Assembly: GCA_963832165.1 (NCBI GenBank)
Contig: CAWHTE010000001.1
Location: forward strand, 320,001 to 384,000
Origin: an uncultured delta proteobacterium
Lineage (GTDB): Bacteria; Myxococcota_A; UBA9160; SMWR01
Direction of reading: 5' to 3'
Length of the DNA: 64,000 nt
The notes below the pieces were generated by a model. It worked only from the letters and a program-made list of their open reading frames with translations. It was not told where the DNA came from and ran no database searches. Both the position numbers and the translations under genes were made by a program. Shown in pieces: positions 9,666-19,195 of the stretch (the stretch's first letter is position 1; each line of letters begins with the position of its first letter).

Positions 9666-10427
9666 TCAGGCCTCCATCTTGGGATCGCGCGCGCGCGACA
9701 TGATCGCGATGTCGTCGACGAAGCCGTCCACCGCGATCACCGACAGGATCGCCTCTGCGAGCACGGACAGGGTCATCATCGTCGACGCCGGGAACAGGTT
9801 GCGGGTGACCCACACGTTCATCGCCTCGGCCATAGCATCGGAGCTCCAGCCGCTCGCGAACCCGGTGCCCCCGGTATTGCCCACCACCACGCGCGTGAAG
9901 TCGACGTCGGGGTGCTCCATGCGCCAGCACTCGATCAGCGCGTCGAGCGCGACCTTCGAGACGCGATAGAGCCCGAGGCCCGGCAGCGACTGGCGCACTG
10001 CGTACGACGAGATGTATACGGCGCGGCCACCGCTCTCGCGCAGGTGGGGCAGCGCGGCCGCGGTGATCTGCGAAGCGCCGATCAGGTTCACGTCGAGCAC
10101 GCGGCGCCACTCCGGCGTGCTCGCCTTCTCGAGCATCACGAGCGGCGACATTCCGGTCGCATACACGAGCGCATCGATGCCTCCGAACACGCTCACGGTT
10201 TGATGCACGGCGCGCGCGCAGTCGTCGTTCGCCGTCACGTCGCAGGATACGGCGAGCGCTTCGTTCTTGGCCTCCGCGACCGCGCTCTCGAGCAGCTCGC
10301 GACGCCGCGCTGCAAACGCCACGCGCGCGCCAGCGCGGCTCGCGGCGAGGCCCACCTCGCGGCCGACACCGCTCGACGCGCCGATCACGAGAACCCGCCG
10401 GCCGGAGAGGTCGTATTGGACGCCCAC
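9666..10427 (-). CDS. Short-chain dehydrogenase/reductase
   Basis: GASSGVG glycine motif and YRVSK (YxxxK). Start at GTG 10427 or 10436. Confidence 0.9.
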   Translation of the reverse strand: MGVQYDLSGRRVLVIGASSGVGREVGLAASRAGARVAFAARRRELLESAVAEAKNEALAVSCDVTANDDCARAVHQTVSVFGGIDALVYATGMSPLVMLEKASTPEWRRVLDVNLIGASQITAAALPHLRESGGRAVYISSYAVRQSLPGLGLYRVSKVALDALIECWRMEHPDVDFTRVVVGNTGGTGFASGWSSDAMAEAMNVWVTRNLFPASTMMTLSVLAEAILSVIAVDGFVDDIAIMSRARDPKMEA

Positions 10428-10480
10428 CCCCTCCACTCTACAGGCTCTGCGCTCGGTGCGGACCCGTTAGAATGATTTCG

Positions 10481-11182
10481 ATGCCGATCTTCCGACTCGG
10501 CCGCGAGGTCGCGTTCCCGCCTGCGGAGGAGAGCGACCCGTCCGGTCTGCTCGCGGTGGGCGGCGATCTTTCGCCGGAGCGGCTCCTGCTCGCCTACGCG
10601 TCGGGGATCTTCCCGTGGTATTCCGACGATCAGCCGATCCTGTGGCACTCCCCGGATCCGCGCGCGGTGCTTCGGCCCGGCGATCTCCATGTGCCGAAGA
10701 GCCTCGCCAAGACGCTGCGCCGCGGCCGGTTCGAGGTGAGACTCGACACCTCGTTCGAAGAGGTGATCCGGAGCTGTGCGGAGGCACCTCGGCCGGGCGG
10801 CGGCGGCGGCACGTGGATCACGCCGGACATGCTGCGCGCCTACTGCGAGCTGCATCGGCTCGGCTTCGCGCACTCGGCGGAGGCGTACGTGGGCGATCGG
10901 CTCGTCGGAGGGCTCTACGGCGTGTCGCTCGGCAGCGTCTTCTTCGGCGAGTCGATGTTCGCGCGCGAGCCCGACGCGTCGAAGGTCGCCTTCGTGCTGC
11001 TCGTGCGTCAGCTCGAGCGCTGGGGCTTCGACCTGATCGACTGCCAGCAGCACACGCGCCACCTCGCGCGCTTCGGGGCGGTGGTGTGGTCGCGTCGGTG
11101 CTACTTGGATGCACTCGCGCGCTGCATCGAGCGTCCGACCCGGTACGGCGCATGGAAGTTCTCAGCCGAGGAGACAGCATGA
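10481..11182 (+). CDS. aat: Leucyl/phenylalanyl-tRNA--protein transferase
   Basis: GLLAVGGDLSPERLLLAYASGIFPW, WHSPDPR, GGLYGV, FFGESMF and DASKVA. Confidence 0.97.
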   Translation: MPIFRLGREVAFPPAEESDPSGLLAVGGDLSPERLLLAYASGIFPWYSDDQPILWHSPDPRAVLRPGDLHVPKSLAKTLRRGRFEVRLDTSFEEVIRSCAEAPRPGGGGGTWITPDMLRAYCELHRLGFAHSAEAYVGDRLVGGLYGVSLGSVFFGESMFAREPDASKVAFVLLVRQLERWGFDLIDCQQHTRHLARFGAVVWSRRCYLDALARCIERPTRYGAWKFSAEETA

Positions 11183-12045
11183 CGCAGGCGAACACAGCGA
11201 CGGGACCCAACGCGGAGCAGATCGAGTACTGGAACTCGAGCCAGGCCCAGAAGTGGGTGGCGCTCCAGGAGCGACTCGACGCGCTGATCGAGCCGTTCGG
11301 CGCGCTCGCGATCGAACGCGCGGAGCTCTCCCTGCGCGACCGCGTGATCGACGTCGGCTGCGGCTGCGGCGCGACGAGTCTCGCGCTCGCCGAGCGCGTG
11401 GGACCCTTCGGACGCGTGCTCGGCATCGACGTGTCGGCGATCATGCTCGAGCGCGCGCGCGAGCGCGCGCAGCGCGAGGGCGCGCCGCAGGCCGAGTTCG
11501 AGAACGCCGATGCGCAGACGCACGCGTTCGAAGCGGGTGAGTGGGACTGCGCCTACTCCCGCTTCGGCGTGATGTTCTTCGCCGATCCGACGCGAGCGTT
11601 CGCGAACCTGCGCACGGCGCTGCGGCGCGGCGGCCGCGTGTCGTTCGCGTGCTGGCGTTCGTTCCCGGAGAATCCGTGGATGACGGTGCCGTTCGCGGCG
11701 CTCGCGACCTTCCTGGCGCCGCCGCCACCGCCGCCGCCGGGAGCACCCGGGCCGTTCTCGTTCGGAGATCCGGAGCGCGTGCGCGGCATTCTCGACGGAG
11801 CCGGATTCGAGAAGGTCGAGCTCGCGCCGCACGACGGCTCGCTCACGCTCGGAAACGATCTCGACGAGGCCGTGGGATTCACACTCTCCATGGGACCCGC
11901 GAGCCGCCTGCTCGAGAACGCATCTGCGGCCGAGCGCACGCGCGCCGAGCGCGTGGTACGCGCCGCGCTTGCGCCTCACGCGAGCGGCGGAGCCGTCTCG
12001 CTTTCGGGCGCGATCTGGCTGGTCACCGCTCGCAACCCGGGCTGA
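11179..12045 (+). CDS. Class I SAM-dependent methyltransferase
   Basis: NAEQIEYWN, VIDVGCGCG, SRFGVMFFADP and PGPFSFGD. ATGA overlap with aat. Confidence 0.92.
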   Translation: MTQANTATGPNAEQIEYWNSSQAQKWVALQERLDALIEPFGALAIERAELSLRDRVIDVGCGCGATSLALAERVGPFGRVLGIDVSAIMLERARERAQREGAPQAEFENADAQTHAFEAGEWDCAYSRFGVMFFADPTRAFANLRTALRRGGRVSFACWRSFPENPWMTVPFAALATFLAPPPPPPPGAPGPFSFGDPERVRGILDGAGFEKVELAPHDGSLTLGNDLDEAVGFTLSMGPASRLLENASAAERTRAERVVRAALAPHASGGAVSLSGAIWLVTARNPG

Positions 12046-12088
12046 TCGCGGCGCGCGCGCGCCGATGCTCAGCTGCGCGCGACTTCGA

Positions 12089-12802
12089 CTAGTACCACGG
12101 CGACCATTCGACCGTGCGCAGGAGTCGGCTCTCCCAGCGGTCGCGCAAGCCAAGCGCGTCGTGCATCCATGTGCCCGGCTCCTTGTAGCGCGCGGGAACC
12201 TCGGACGAGAGCAGCGGCGCGAGTCCGCGCGGCTCCGTGATCTTCTGCCAGAGCACGATCTCGCGGCGCAGCCCCGCGCCGAACGCGGTGCGGAAGCCGC
12301 CCAGGATCGTGAGCAGCGTTCCGCCGCGCTCGGCGTTGCGCCGCATCTCGGCGAGATAGTGGTCGCCCGAGCGCGCCACGTAGGTCTCGAGCTGATCCTC
12401 GTCGGGCCAGACCGTGTCCTCCATGAACAGCGAGAGCTCGTGGACCGGTGGCGCCTCGCTCGGCACCGTGGCCAGATCGATGTCCTGGAGCGGCGACCAC
12501 GGCAGCGGCACGAGCAGCTTGGCGGTGACGTCGTGGCGCAGCGCGTCGAGCGCGCGCGCTTCGTCGCGCAGATCCCCGCGGTCGATGCGCTCGGTGGTGC
12601 GCCCCCAGGCCGCGGCATCGCGCACCGCCGTGATCGTCACCACGCGATACGACGCGCCCGAGCCGTGCGCGTGCTTGAGGAAGTAGAGCAGGCGTGCGTC
12701 GGGGTCGCGCGCGAGCGCGGGCACCCAACGCGTGCGCACCGCGTGCTCGAAGGCGTCTTCCTCGCGGCCGCGAACCTCGTGGAGCTCGTGGACGAGGATC
12801 AC
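12089..12802 (-). CDS. Hypothetical protein with tandem NIPSNAP/dimeric alpha-beta barrel-like domains
   Basis: Two similar halves (HELHEV.G..EDAFE / FMEDTV.P...ETYV) ending WESRLLRT..WSP. Starts 13 bp after the pckG stop. Confidence 0.65.
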   Translation of the reverse strand: MILVHELHEVRGREEDAFEHAVRTRWVPALARDPDARLLYFLKHAHGSGASYRVVTITAVRDAAAWGRTTERIDRGDLRDEARALDALRHDVTAKLLVPLPWSPLQDIDLATVPSEAPPVHELSLFMEDTVWPDEDQLETYVARSGDHYLAEMRRNAERGGTLLTILGGFRTAFGAGLRREIVLWQKITEPRGLAPLLSSEVPARYKEPGTWMHDALGLRDRWESRLLRTVEWSPWY

Positions 12803-12815
12803 GTCGATCGCCGCG

Positions 12816-14603
12816 CTAGCTCTTCGCCGCTTCCAGTCGCTCGCGCATCGCGTCGAGCTCGGCCACGAGCGCTTCGGGCATGCGATCGCCGAACTGCGCG
12901 TAGTACTCGCGCACGAGCGGCACCTCCGAGAGCCAGCCGTCGACGTCGACGCGCAGGAGCTGCGCGAGATCCTCTCGGCTGACTTCGAGCCCGTCGAGAT
13001 CGAGCGCACCGTTCGCGGGCAGGTTGCCGATCGCCGTCTCGACCGCCTTCGCGGTGCCCTCGCAGCGCTCGAACACCCACTTGAGCACGCGGCTGTTCTC
13101 GCCGAAGCCCGGCCACAGGAAGTCGCCGCCGTCGCTCTTCCGGAACCAGTTGACGTAGTAGATCTTCGGCAGCACGGCGCCCGCGCGACGTCCGATCGAG
13201 AGCCAGTGGTTCCAGTAATCGGCCATGTTGTATCCGCAGAACGGCAGCATGGCCATCGGATCGCGGCGCAGCTCACCGATCTTGCCCGCGGCCGCGGCGG
13301 TCTTCTCGCTCGAGATGATCGAGCCCAGGAACGCGCCGTGCTGCCAGTCGCGCGCTTCCGTCACGAGCGGCACGACCGTGGCGCGCCGCCCGCCGAACAG
13401 GATCGCGCTGATCGGAACGCCCTTCGGGTCCTCCCACTCGGGCGCGATCACGGGGCACTGCCGCGCGGGCGCGGTGAAGCGCGCGTTCGGGTGCGCCGCC
13501 GGCTTGCCCTTCTTCGGAGTCCACGGCTCGCCGAGCCAGTCGGTGAGCTGTGCGGGGAGCTCCTTCGTCATCTCCTCCCACCAGACGTCGCCGTCGGGCG
13601 TGAGCGCGACGTTGGTGAAGATCGCGTTCTCCGTGAACGACTTCATCGCGTTCGGGTTCGACTTCATGCTCGTGCCCGGTGCGACGCCGAAGAAGCCGGC
13701 CTCGGGGTTGATCGCGTAGAGCCGGCCGTCCTTGCCGAACTTCATCCAGCAGATGTCGTCGCCGACGCACTCGACCTTCCAGCCCGGGATCGTGGGCGTG
13801 AGCATCGCGAGATTGGTCTTGCCGCACGCGCTCGGGAACGCGGCCGCGATGTAGCGCGACGTGCCGGCCGGGTTGGTGAGCTTCAGGATCAACATGTGCT
13901 CGGCGAGCCAGCCCTGATCGCGTGCCATCACCGACGCGATCCGCAGGGCGAAGCACTTCTTGCCGAGCAGCGCGTTGCCGCCGTAGCCCGAGCCGTACGA
14001 CCAGATCTCGCGCGTCTCCGGGAAGTGCACGATGTACTTGTTGTCGGCGTTGCAGGGCCAGGGCACGTCCTTCTGGCCGGGCGCGAGCGGCGCGCCGACG
14101 GAGTGCAGGCACGGCACGAACGCACCGTCCCCGAGCACGTCGAGCACCTTCTTCCCGACGCGCGTCATGATGTGCATGTTCGCCACGACATAGGGCGAAT
14201 CGCTGAGCTGGACGCCGATGTGCGCGATCGGCGAGCCGATCGGGCCCATGCTGAACGGAATCACGTAGAGCGTGCGGCCCTTCATCGAGCCCGCGAACAG
14301 CCGCAGGAGCTCTTTCTTCATCTCCACGGGCGCGCGCCAGTTGTTGGTCGGGCCCGCGTCTACCTGCTTCTCGGAGCAGATGAAGGTGCGGTCTTCCACA
14401 CGCGCGACGTCGGCGGGGTCGGACCAGACCAGATAGCTGTTGGGGCGCTTGGCGAGCTTTCTAGCGGTGCCACCCGCGACCATGAGCCGGATCATTTCGT
14501 CGTACTCGGCCTTCGACCCGTCGCACCAGTGCACCCGGTCGGGCTGGCAGAGGGACTCGATCTCGGCGACCCAGGAGTTCAGTTTCGCGTTCTGGCTGCT
14601 CAT
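12816..14603 (-). CDS. pckG: Phosphoenolpyruvate carboxykinase (GTP)
   Basis: [52 protein letters not shown] and [14 protein letters not shown]. Confidence 0.98.
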   Translation of the reverse strand: MSSQNAKLNSWVAEIESLCQPDRVHWCDGSKAEYDEMIRLMVAGGTARKLAKRPNSYLVWSDPADVARVEDRTFICSEKQVDAGPTNNWRAPVEMKKELLRLFAGSMKGRTLYVIPFSMGPIGSPIAHIGVQLSDSPYVVANMHIMTRVGKKVLDVLGDGAFVPCLHSVGAPLAPGQKDVPWPCNADNKYIVHFPETREIWSYGSGYGGNALLGKKCFALRIASVMARDQGWLAEHMLILKLTNPAGTSRYIAAAFPSACGKTNLAMLTPTIPGWKVECVGDDICWMKFGKDGRLYAINPEAGFFGVAPGTSMKSNPNAMKSFTENAIFTNVALTPDGDVWWEEMTKELPAQLTDWLGEPWTPKKGKPAAHPNARFTAPARQCPVIAPEWEDPKGVPISAILFGGRRATVVPLVTEARDWQHGAFLGSIISSEKTAAAAGKIGELRRDPMAMLPFCGYNMADYWNHWLSIGRRAGAVLPKIYYVNWFRKSDGGDFLWPGFGENSRVLKWVFERCEGTAKAVETAIGNLPANGALDLDGLEVSREDLAQLLRVDVDGWLSEVPLVREYYAQFGDRMPEALVAELDAMRERLEAAKS

Positions 14604-14835
14604 CGAAGCTTCCGGTGCTCCCTTTTGATCTTGAAACGCCCACGGGCCGAGCCCGAGGGGTGCGGGTCGGGATTCGCGGACGCGGTTCTTGCGGGAAGGC
14701 GCGATGTCGCGCGGAGGTGGGGCCCGCGGAGAACCGCGGAACCTTCATTATATCCGCAGTAGTGGGTCCGGCGCAGGAAAGGGTGGCGCGGGAACTGAAC
14801 TTTGCGCGCGGCCGCGACCGGTCCCCTCGGGGCCC

Positions 14836-15222
14836 CTATCCGAGTGCCGCGACGATCGCCCCGATCAGCCCGCCCAGCACCAAAACCGCGTTCGAGACGT
14901 AGGACAGGACGAACCCGGGCCCGCGCTTCGCGGGGTCGGCGACATAGCCGCGTGCGAATAGCGCGCGCCCGATCAGGAACACCACGCCGAGCCCCGCGGC
15001 GACGTCGGGCCTCACGTAGGCCGAAAACATCCAGAGACCGGGGAAGAAGATCACGAGTTGCTCGACGGTGTTGGCCTGGACCCGCGCCCAGCGCTCGAAT
15101 ACGGGATGGCCCGTCATCGCGGGGGCGGCCACCTCGTAGAGGCCGCGCGCGCGTCCGACGTACCGGATGATCACCATGTACTCGAGCAGCACGAGCGCCG
15201 CGACGATGGCCACCGCCTCCAT
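14836..15222 (-). CDS. MAPEG family membrane protein
   Basis: VGRARGLYEVAAPAMTGHPVFERWARVQANTVEQ and GRALFARGY. Confidence 0.9.
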   Translation of the reverse strand: MEAVAIVAALVLLEYMVIIRYVGRARGLYEVAAPAMTGHPVFERWARVQANTVEQLVIFFPGLWMFSAYVRPDVAAGLGVVFLIGRALFARGYVADPAKRGPGFVLSYVSNAVLVLGGLIGAIVAALG

Positions 15223-15312
15223 GCCGTCCCCTCTTCTCGCGAGGCGCTCCGCGAGCGCACCCCGGCTCATAACATGACTGGGAGTCCCCTGACAACGGTT
15301 TCGGGGCCACCG

Positions 15313-17052
15313 TCATTGCCCGGCGTGGAAAAGGTCGAGGTTCTCGCTCGCAAAACGGGTGAGCCGATCGGTCGCGTCGCGGCTCGTTCGGCATGCGAGA
15401 ACTTCCGAGGCGAGAGCTTCCGCGTCCCTGCAATCGATGCAAGCGATCGCGCGCCGCACCCTTGCCGCTCGCGCAGGACTCATCGAGAGCTCACGCAGGC
15501 CGAGACCCACGAGGAGCGCGGCAGTAGCCGGATCTCCTGCAGCTTCGCCGCACACGGAAACGCGGCGCCCACGGTCGCGCGCGGCGCCGACGACGCGGGC
15601 GATGGCGCGGAGAACGGAAGGGTGCAACAGGGAATAGCCATCGAGGAGGCCGACGGCGTCCCGGTCCGCGGCGAGGACGAATTGTGTGAGATCGTTCGTG
15701 CCGAGACTCACGAAGTCGACCTCCTCCAGGATTTCGTCGATCAGAAACACCGCTGACGGGGTCTCGATCATCGCACCGATCTCGATCCCGGATCCGATCG
15801 CCCCGGCCGCGGCCTGCAATCGGGTCTTTGCCTCCTTCAGGTCGGCATCGCCTAGCACCATGGGAAAGAGTACGCGCACCGGGCCTGAAGCGGCCGCGTA
15901 TGCGAGCGCGCGTAGCTGGGTTTCGAATAGCCGGCACTCCCGGAGCGAGAAGCGCAGGCCGCGCAACCCGAGGCTCGGATTGCGTTCGGCGTGAGGGGCC
16001 ATGAACAGCGGAATCTTGTCGCCACCCAGGTCCAGGGTGCGGATCGCGAGCGGGAGTCCGTCGAGCGCGCGAACTACGTCGAGGTAGGCGCTCACCTGCC
16101 GTTCGAAGCTCGGCGGCTCTCGCGAGTCGAGGAACAGGAACTCCGTGCGGAACAGGCCCACGCCGTCGAGGTTGTGCCGCCGCACCTCGCGCGCTTCCTC
16201 GGCGCGTCCGAGATTTGCGCATAACTCGATCCGCTGTCCGTCACGCGTGCGGCAATCCGTGATCTCGCTCGACGCCTCCACAGCGGAGCGAATCTTCCAG
16301 TTCTTCGAGCGAATCTCGTAGTTCTGCCAGTGCCGCTCGGTCGGTGACACCGTCACGTCGCCGAGGTCCCCGTCGACCACTACCCACTCACCGGAGGGGA
16401 TGGCGCGCATGGCGTCCGGGACACCCGTCACGGCGGGGATGCCGAGCGCGCGCGCAAGGATCGCTACGTGGCTCGTCTCGCCCCCGACCTCTGTCACGAT
16501 GCCCGCAACGTGCGCGCGGTCGAGGTCGACGGTGTCCGACGGCAGCAGCTCCACGGCAACGAGGACAGTGCCCGGAGGCAGGGGAGCAATCGAATCGCTA
16601 TTGCGCGGGGAGAGACTCGACAGCAGACGCCGCCCGACGTCGCGGACGTCGACCGAGCGCTCGCGGAGATAAGGATCGTCGGTCGCGGCGAGCCGCTTCG
16701 CAGCCTCCTCGACCTCCGCCTGGACCGCGCGCTCCGCGACGACGCGATCGCGCGAGACGCGCTCTCGGACACGCTCGAGGAACGCCGGGTCCGCCAGCAG
16801 GATCTCATGAGCCGAAAAGATCTCCGCCTCCTCGACCCCCACGTCTGCCTGGACCCGGATCCGGACGCGCTCCAGGTCCAGGCGCGCCGAGTCGACGGCA
16901 GCCTCGAATCGGCGCAGCTCGCGGTCAGATTCGTGGACCGAGATCTGCTCGTCGGAAGCCGTGACTGCGGGAGCGGTCGGGTAATGGGCGGCGCGCCCCT
17001 TGCCGATGCCGGGCGACAGTCCGCGTCCGTGAAATCGAAGCTCTGCAGCCAC
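15313..17052 (-). CDS. ptsI: Phosphoenolpyruvate-protein phosphotransferase (PTS enzyme I)
   Basis: GGETSHVAILARALGIP (phospho-His), GVGLFRTEFLF, IRTLDLGGDK, MIETP, GTNDLTQF and SVCGE. Confidence 0.95.
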   Translation of the reverse strand: MAAELRFHGRGLSPGIGKGRAAHYPTAPAVTASDEQISVHESDRELRRFEAAVDSARLDLERVRIRVQADVGVEEAEIFSAHEILLADPAFLERVRERVSRDRVVAERAVQAEVEEAAKRLAATDDPYLRERSVDVRDVGRRLLSSLSPRNSDSIAPLPPGTVLVAVELLPSDTVDLDRAHVAGIVTEVGGETSHVAILARALGIPAVTGVPDAMRAIPSGEWVVVDGDLGDVTVSPTERHWQNYEIRSKNWKIRSAVEASSEITDCRTRDGQRIELCANLGRAEEAREVRRHNLDGVGLFRTEFLFLDSREPPSFERQVSAYLDVVRALDGLPLAIRTLDLGGDKIPLFMAPHAERNPSLGLRGLRFSLRECRLFETQLRALAYAAASGPVRVLFPMVLGDADLKEAKTRLQAAAGAIGSGIEIGAMIETPSAVFLIDEILEEVDFVSLGTNDLTQFVLAADRDAVGLLDGYSLLHPSVLRAIARVVGAARDRGRRVSVCGEAAGDPATAALLVGLGLRELSMSPARAARVRRAIACIDCRDAEALASEVLACRTSRDATDRLTRFASENLDLFHAGQ

Positions 17053-17143
17053 TGTTCATCTCGGGGAAACGGTCCGACCCGGCCTCGCTCCATCACCGAC
17101 GCGAAGGCCTCCTGCAACGAGGAGATGGTGCGCTCGGCGAACA

Positions 17144-17175
17144 GTCCCGGAGGGCGCAGGTGCGTCCTCCGGGAC
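17144..17175. terminator. GC-rich hairpin between hsp20 and ptsI (terminator or mRNA-stability element)
   Basis: GTCCCGGAGGGCGCA-GG-TGCGTCCTCCGGGAC, a near-perfect 15-bp inverted repeat with no strong U-tract. Confidence 0.5.
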
Positions 17176-17196
17176 GATGCAAGGCGACGCCAGTCG

Positions 17197-17595
17197 CTAG
17201 CCCGCTTGGACCTGGATGGCGCGCGGGCGGCGCTCGGCGCTCCTGGGCAGCACCAGCTCGAGCACGCCGTTGTTCATCTTCGCCGCGACGCCGGCGGAGT
17301 CGATCTCCTCGGAGATCCGGAACTCGCGATGATAGGAGCCGTATCGATACTCCATGTGCAGCGGTGTCCAGGAGCGATCCGGCACCGTTGCGAGCCGCGC
17401 GTCGAGCGAGAGCGTGCCCCGGTCGAGTTTTACCTCGACGGACTTGTCATCCGCGCCCGGAAGATCGGCATAGACCACATAGCCGTCGCGGTTCTCGATG
17501 ATGTCGATGTCGGGCCGGAAGACCAGGCCCGGCCGGGTGCTCTCCTCCTGCAGCTCCTGCTTCTCACGTGCTTGCAGTGTCTGTGTTTCGTTCAT
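17197..17595 (-). CDS. Hsp20/alpha-crystallin small heat-shock protein
   Basis: FRPDIDIIE...ADLPG...YHREFRIS..ID...AKMNNGVLELVLPR; GGAGG RBS. Confidence 0.93.
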   Translation of the reverse strand: MNETQTLQAREKQELQEESTRPGLVFRPDIDIIENRDGYVVYADLPGADDKSVEVKLDRGTLSLDARLATVPDRSWTPLHMEYRYGSYHREFRISEEIDSAGVAAKMNNGVLELVLPRSAERRPRAIQVQAG

Positions 17596-17607
17596 CTCGA
17601 TTCCTCC

Positions 17608-18069
17608 CTAGCTCGCTCGCACTGAAATCTGGCGCGGCTTCGCTTCCGGTGTCTTGGGCAGCCGAAGCGTCAGCACGCCGTTGCGATGAACCGCCTCGAC
17701 CGCATCCGCATCGACGGCGGCCGGAAGATCGAACGCCCTTCGGAACGCACCGCTGTCGCGTTCCCTCCGATGCAGACTGGTCTCCTCGCGGCTCGCGTAA
17801 TCGATCTTGCGCTCGCCCTCGAGAACGAGCGTCGAGCCTTCGAGCGAAACGTGGATCTCGCCCGGCTCGACGCCGGGGAGTTCGGCGGTGAGGTGATAGG
17901 CATCTGCGGTCTCGTAGAGGTTCACGGCCGGAAAGACCCCGCGCCAATCGCCTGATCGCGCCGGCGTTCCGCCAAAGCGGTTGAACACGGTGTCCATCTC
18001 GCGCCGGAGCTGATCGAACGGGCTCCACGATGCCGCCGCCCAGGGTCGATCGAAGCTGTACTGAGCCAT
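17608..18069 (-). CDS. Hsp20/alpha-crystallin small heat-shock protein
   Basis: FPAVNLYE...AELPG...HRRER.SGAFRRAFDLP...NGVLTLRLPK; AAGGAG RBS. Confidence 0.93.
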   Translation of the reverse strand: MAQYSFDRPWAAASWSPFDQLRREMDTVFNRFGGTPARSGDWRGVFPAVNLYETADAYHLTAELPGVEPGEIHVSLEGSTLVLEGERKIDYASREETSLHRRERDSGAFRRAFDLPAAVDADAVEAVHRNGVLTLRLPKTPEAKPRQISVRAS

Positions 18070-18179
18070 GCGGTTTCTCCTTTGCTCTCTCGCATCCGAC
18101 TGGCGGAATCGCCAGCCAAGAAACTCAATCGTCACGAGCGAAGCCGCGTCAAGCTCCCCCAGTGCGCATGGCGAATCTT

Positions 18180-19130
18180 TCAAAACGAGAGGAGAGCCGC
18201 GGCGCGCCTCTGCCAGCGCCGGAACCGGCGACGTACCGGCACGGCGCGCGCGAGCGCGGCGCGCAGCTCCGGGAGGGCCTGCTCGGCGCTCTGCCGACCC
18301 ACTTCGACTAGCTCGGCGGTACGGTGAAATTCGAATACCCCGACCTCTGGGACCGGGATCTGGAGCAAGAACCCGGGAGGATCGTCGCGCAGACGGGCGC
18401 TCGCGATCTGTGCCGCGAGAATCCGCGAGGCGCTCCAGACGATCTCGACCAGACCGAGTTTGTCCTGGATCGCTTCACCGCCAGGCGGAGGTCCATTTTC
18501 GCCGTTGCTTGCGTGCAATTCCTTCAGGTGTTCGGATACGCGTTGGGAGGTCTTCTGCGGGTCGCGAAGCGGGAGGACATTCATCGCGATCACGAACTCC
18601 GCGCCCAGCGCATGTGCCGTGGATACGGGTACCGGGTTGACGAGCCCACCGTCGACGAGGAGACGGCCTCCGAAGCGCCAGGGCGTGAAGATTCCGGGAA
18701 TCGCGATACTCGCGCGCACTGCGTCGAACACGCCGCCGCGCGTCAACGCAACTTCGTCTCCGCTCCGGAGGTCGGTAGCCACCGCGGCGTACGGCAAGCC
18801 GAGATCCTCGATCTCCTCCCCGAGGTGGGGTCGGACGAACTCGAGCGCACGCAATCCGTGGAGCAGTCCCTCCCGCGGCCACGCCAAGTCGAGGAGCCGC
18901 AGCACGCGGCGCCGAGACAGGCCCTCCATCGCCGCGCGGAATTCCGCGAGCCGGCCTGCCGCGAGGGCCGCTCCCACCATTGCGCCGGCGCTGCTCCCGG
19001 CGACGCAGTGCAGCGGGATTCCCGCGTCGGCGAGCACCTCCAGTGCGCCGATCTGCGCCATCGCCGCCGCGCTGCCCGCGCCGAGCGCAACGCCGACGCG
19101 GAGCGGAATCCCGCCGCTGGCCTCTGTCAT
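18180..19130 (-). CDS. Patatin-like phospholipase (RssA/YchK type)
   Basis: GSSAG nucleophile motif, ASIAIPGIF, LVDGG and NPVPV. Confidence 0.9.
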   Translation of the reverse strand: MTEASGGIPLRVGVALGAGSAAAMAQIGALEVLADAGIPLHCVAGSSAGAMVGAALAAGRLAEFRAAMEGLSRRRVLRLLDLAWPREGLLHGLRALEFVRPHLGEEIEDLGLPYAAVATDLRSGDEVALTRGGVFDAVRASIAIPGIFTPWRFGGRLLVDGGLVNPVPVSTAHALGAEFVIAMNVLPLRDPQKTSQRVSEHLKELHASNGENGPPPGGEAIQDKLGLVEIVWSASRILAAQIASARLRDDPPGFLLQIPVPEVGVFEFHRTAELVEVGRQSAEQALPELRAALARAVPVRRRFRRWQRRAAALLSF

Positions 19131-19163
19131 TGTGGGTTGCCTCTCTGGAGCAACCCTTCTTTG

Positions 19164-19179
19164 TGCAAGAATCGGGCCC
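19164..19179 (-). promoter_or_regulatory. Putative sigma54 (-24/-12) promoter upstream of the patatin gene
   Basis: Minus strand reads GGGCCCG-ATTC-TTGCA, which gives exact GG-N10-GC spacing. Confidence 0.5.
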
Positions 19180-19195
19180 GGTCAAGCCAGGGGCG

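Noticed and set aside
9660..9668. Selenocysteine readthrough joining the SDR and the spermidine-synthase-like gene
   Set aside because: The TGA lies at a domain boundary rather than a Cys-equivalent site, no clear SECIS follows, and both proteins look complete separately.
18110..18155. HspR (HAIR) or CIRCE operator upstream of hsp20
   Set aside because: Only a single TTGAGT half-site is present, with no correctly spaced inverted partner.
15300..19186. Target-site duplication flanking the ptsI-hsp20-patatin block
   Set aside because: Only loose similarity (TCGGG..C..GTCA), expected by chance at this GC content; no transposase or integrase.
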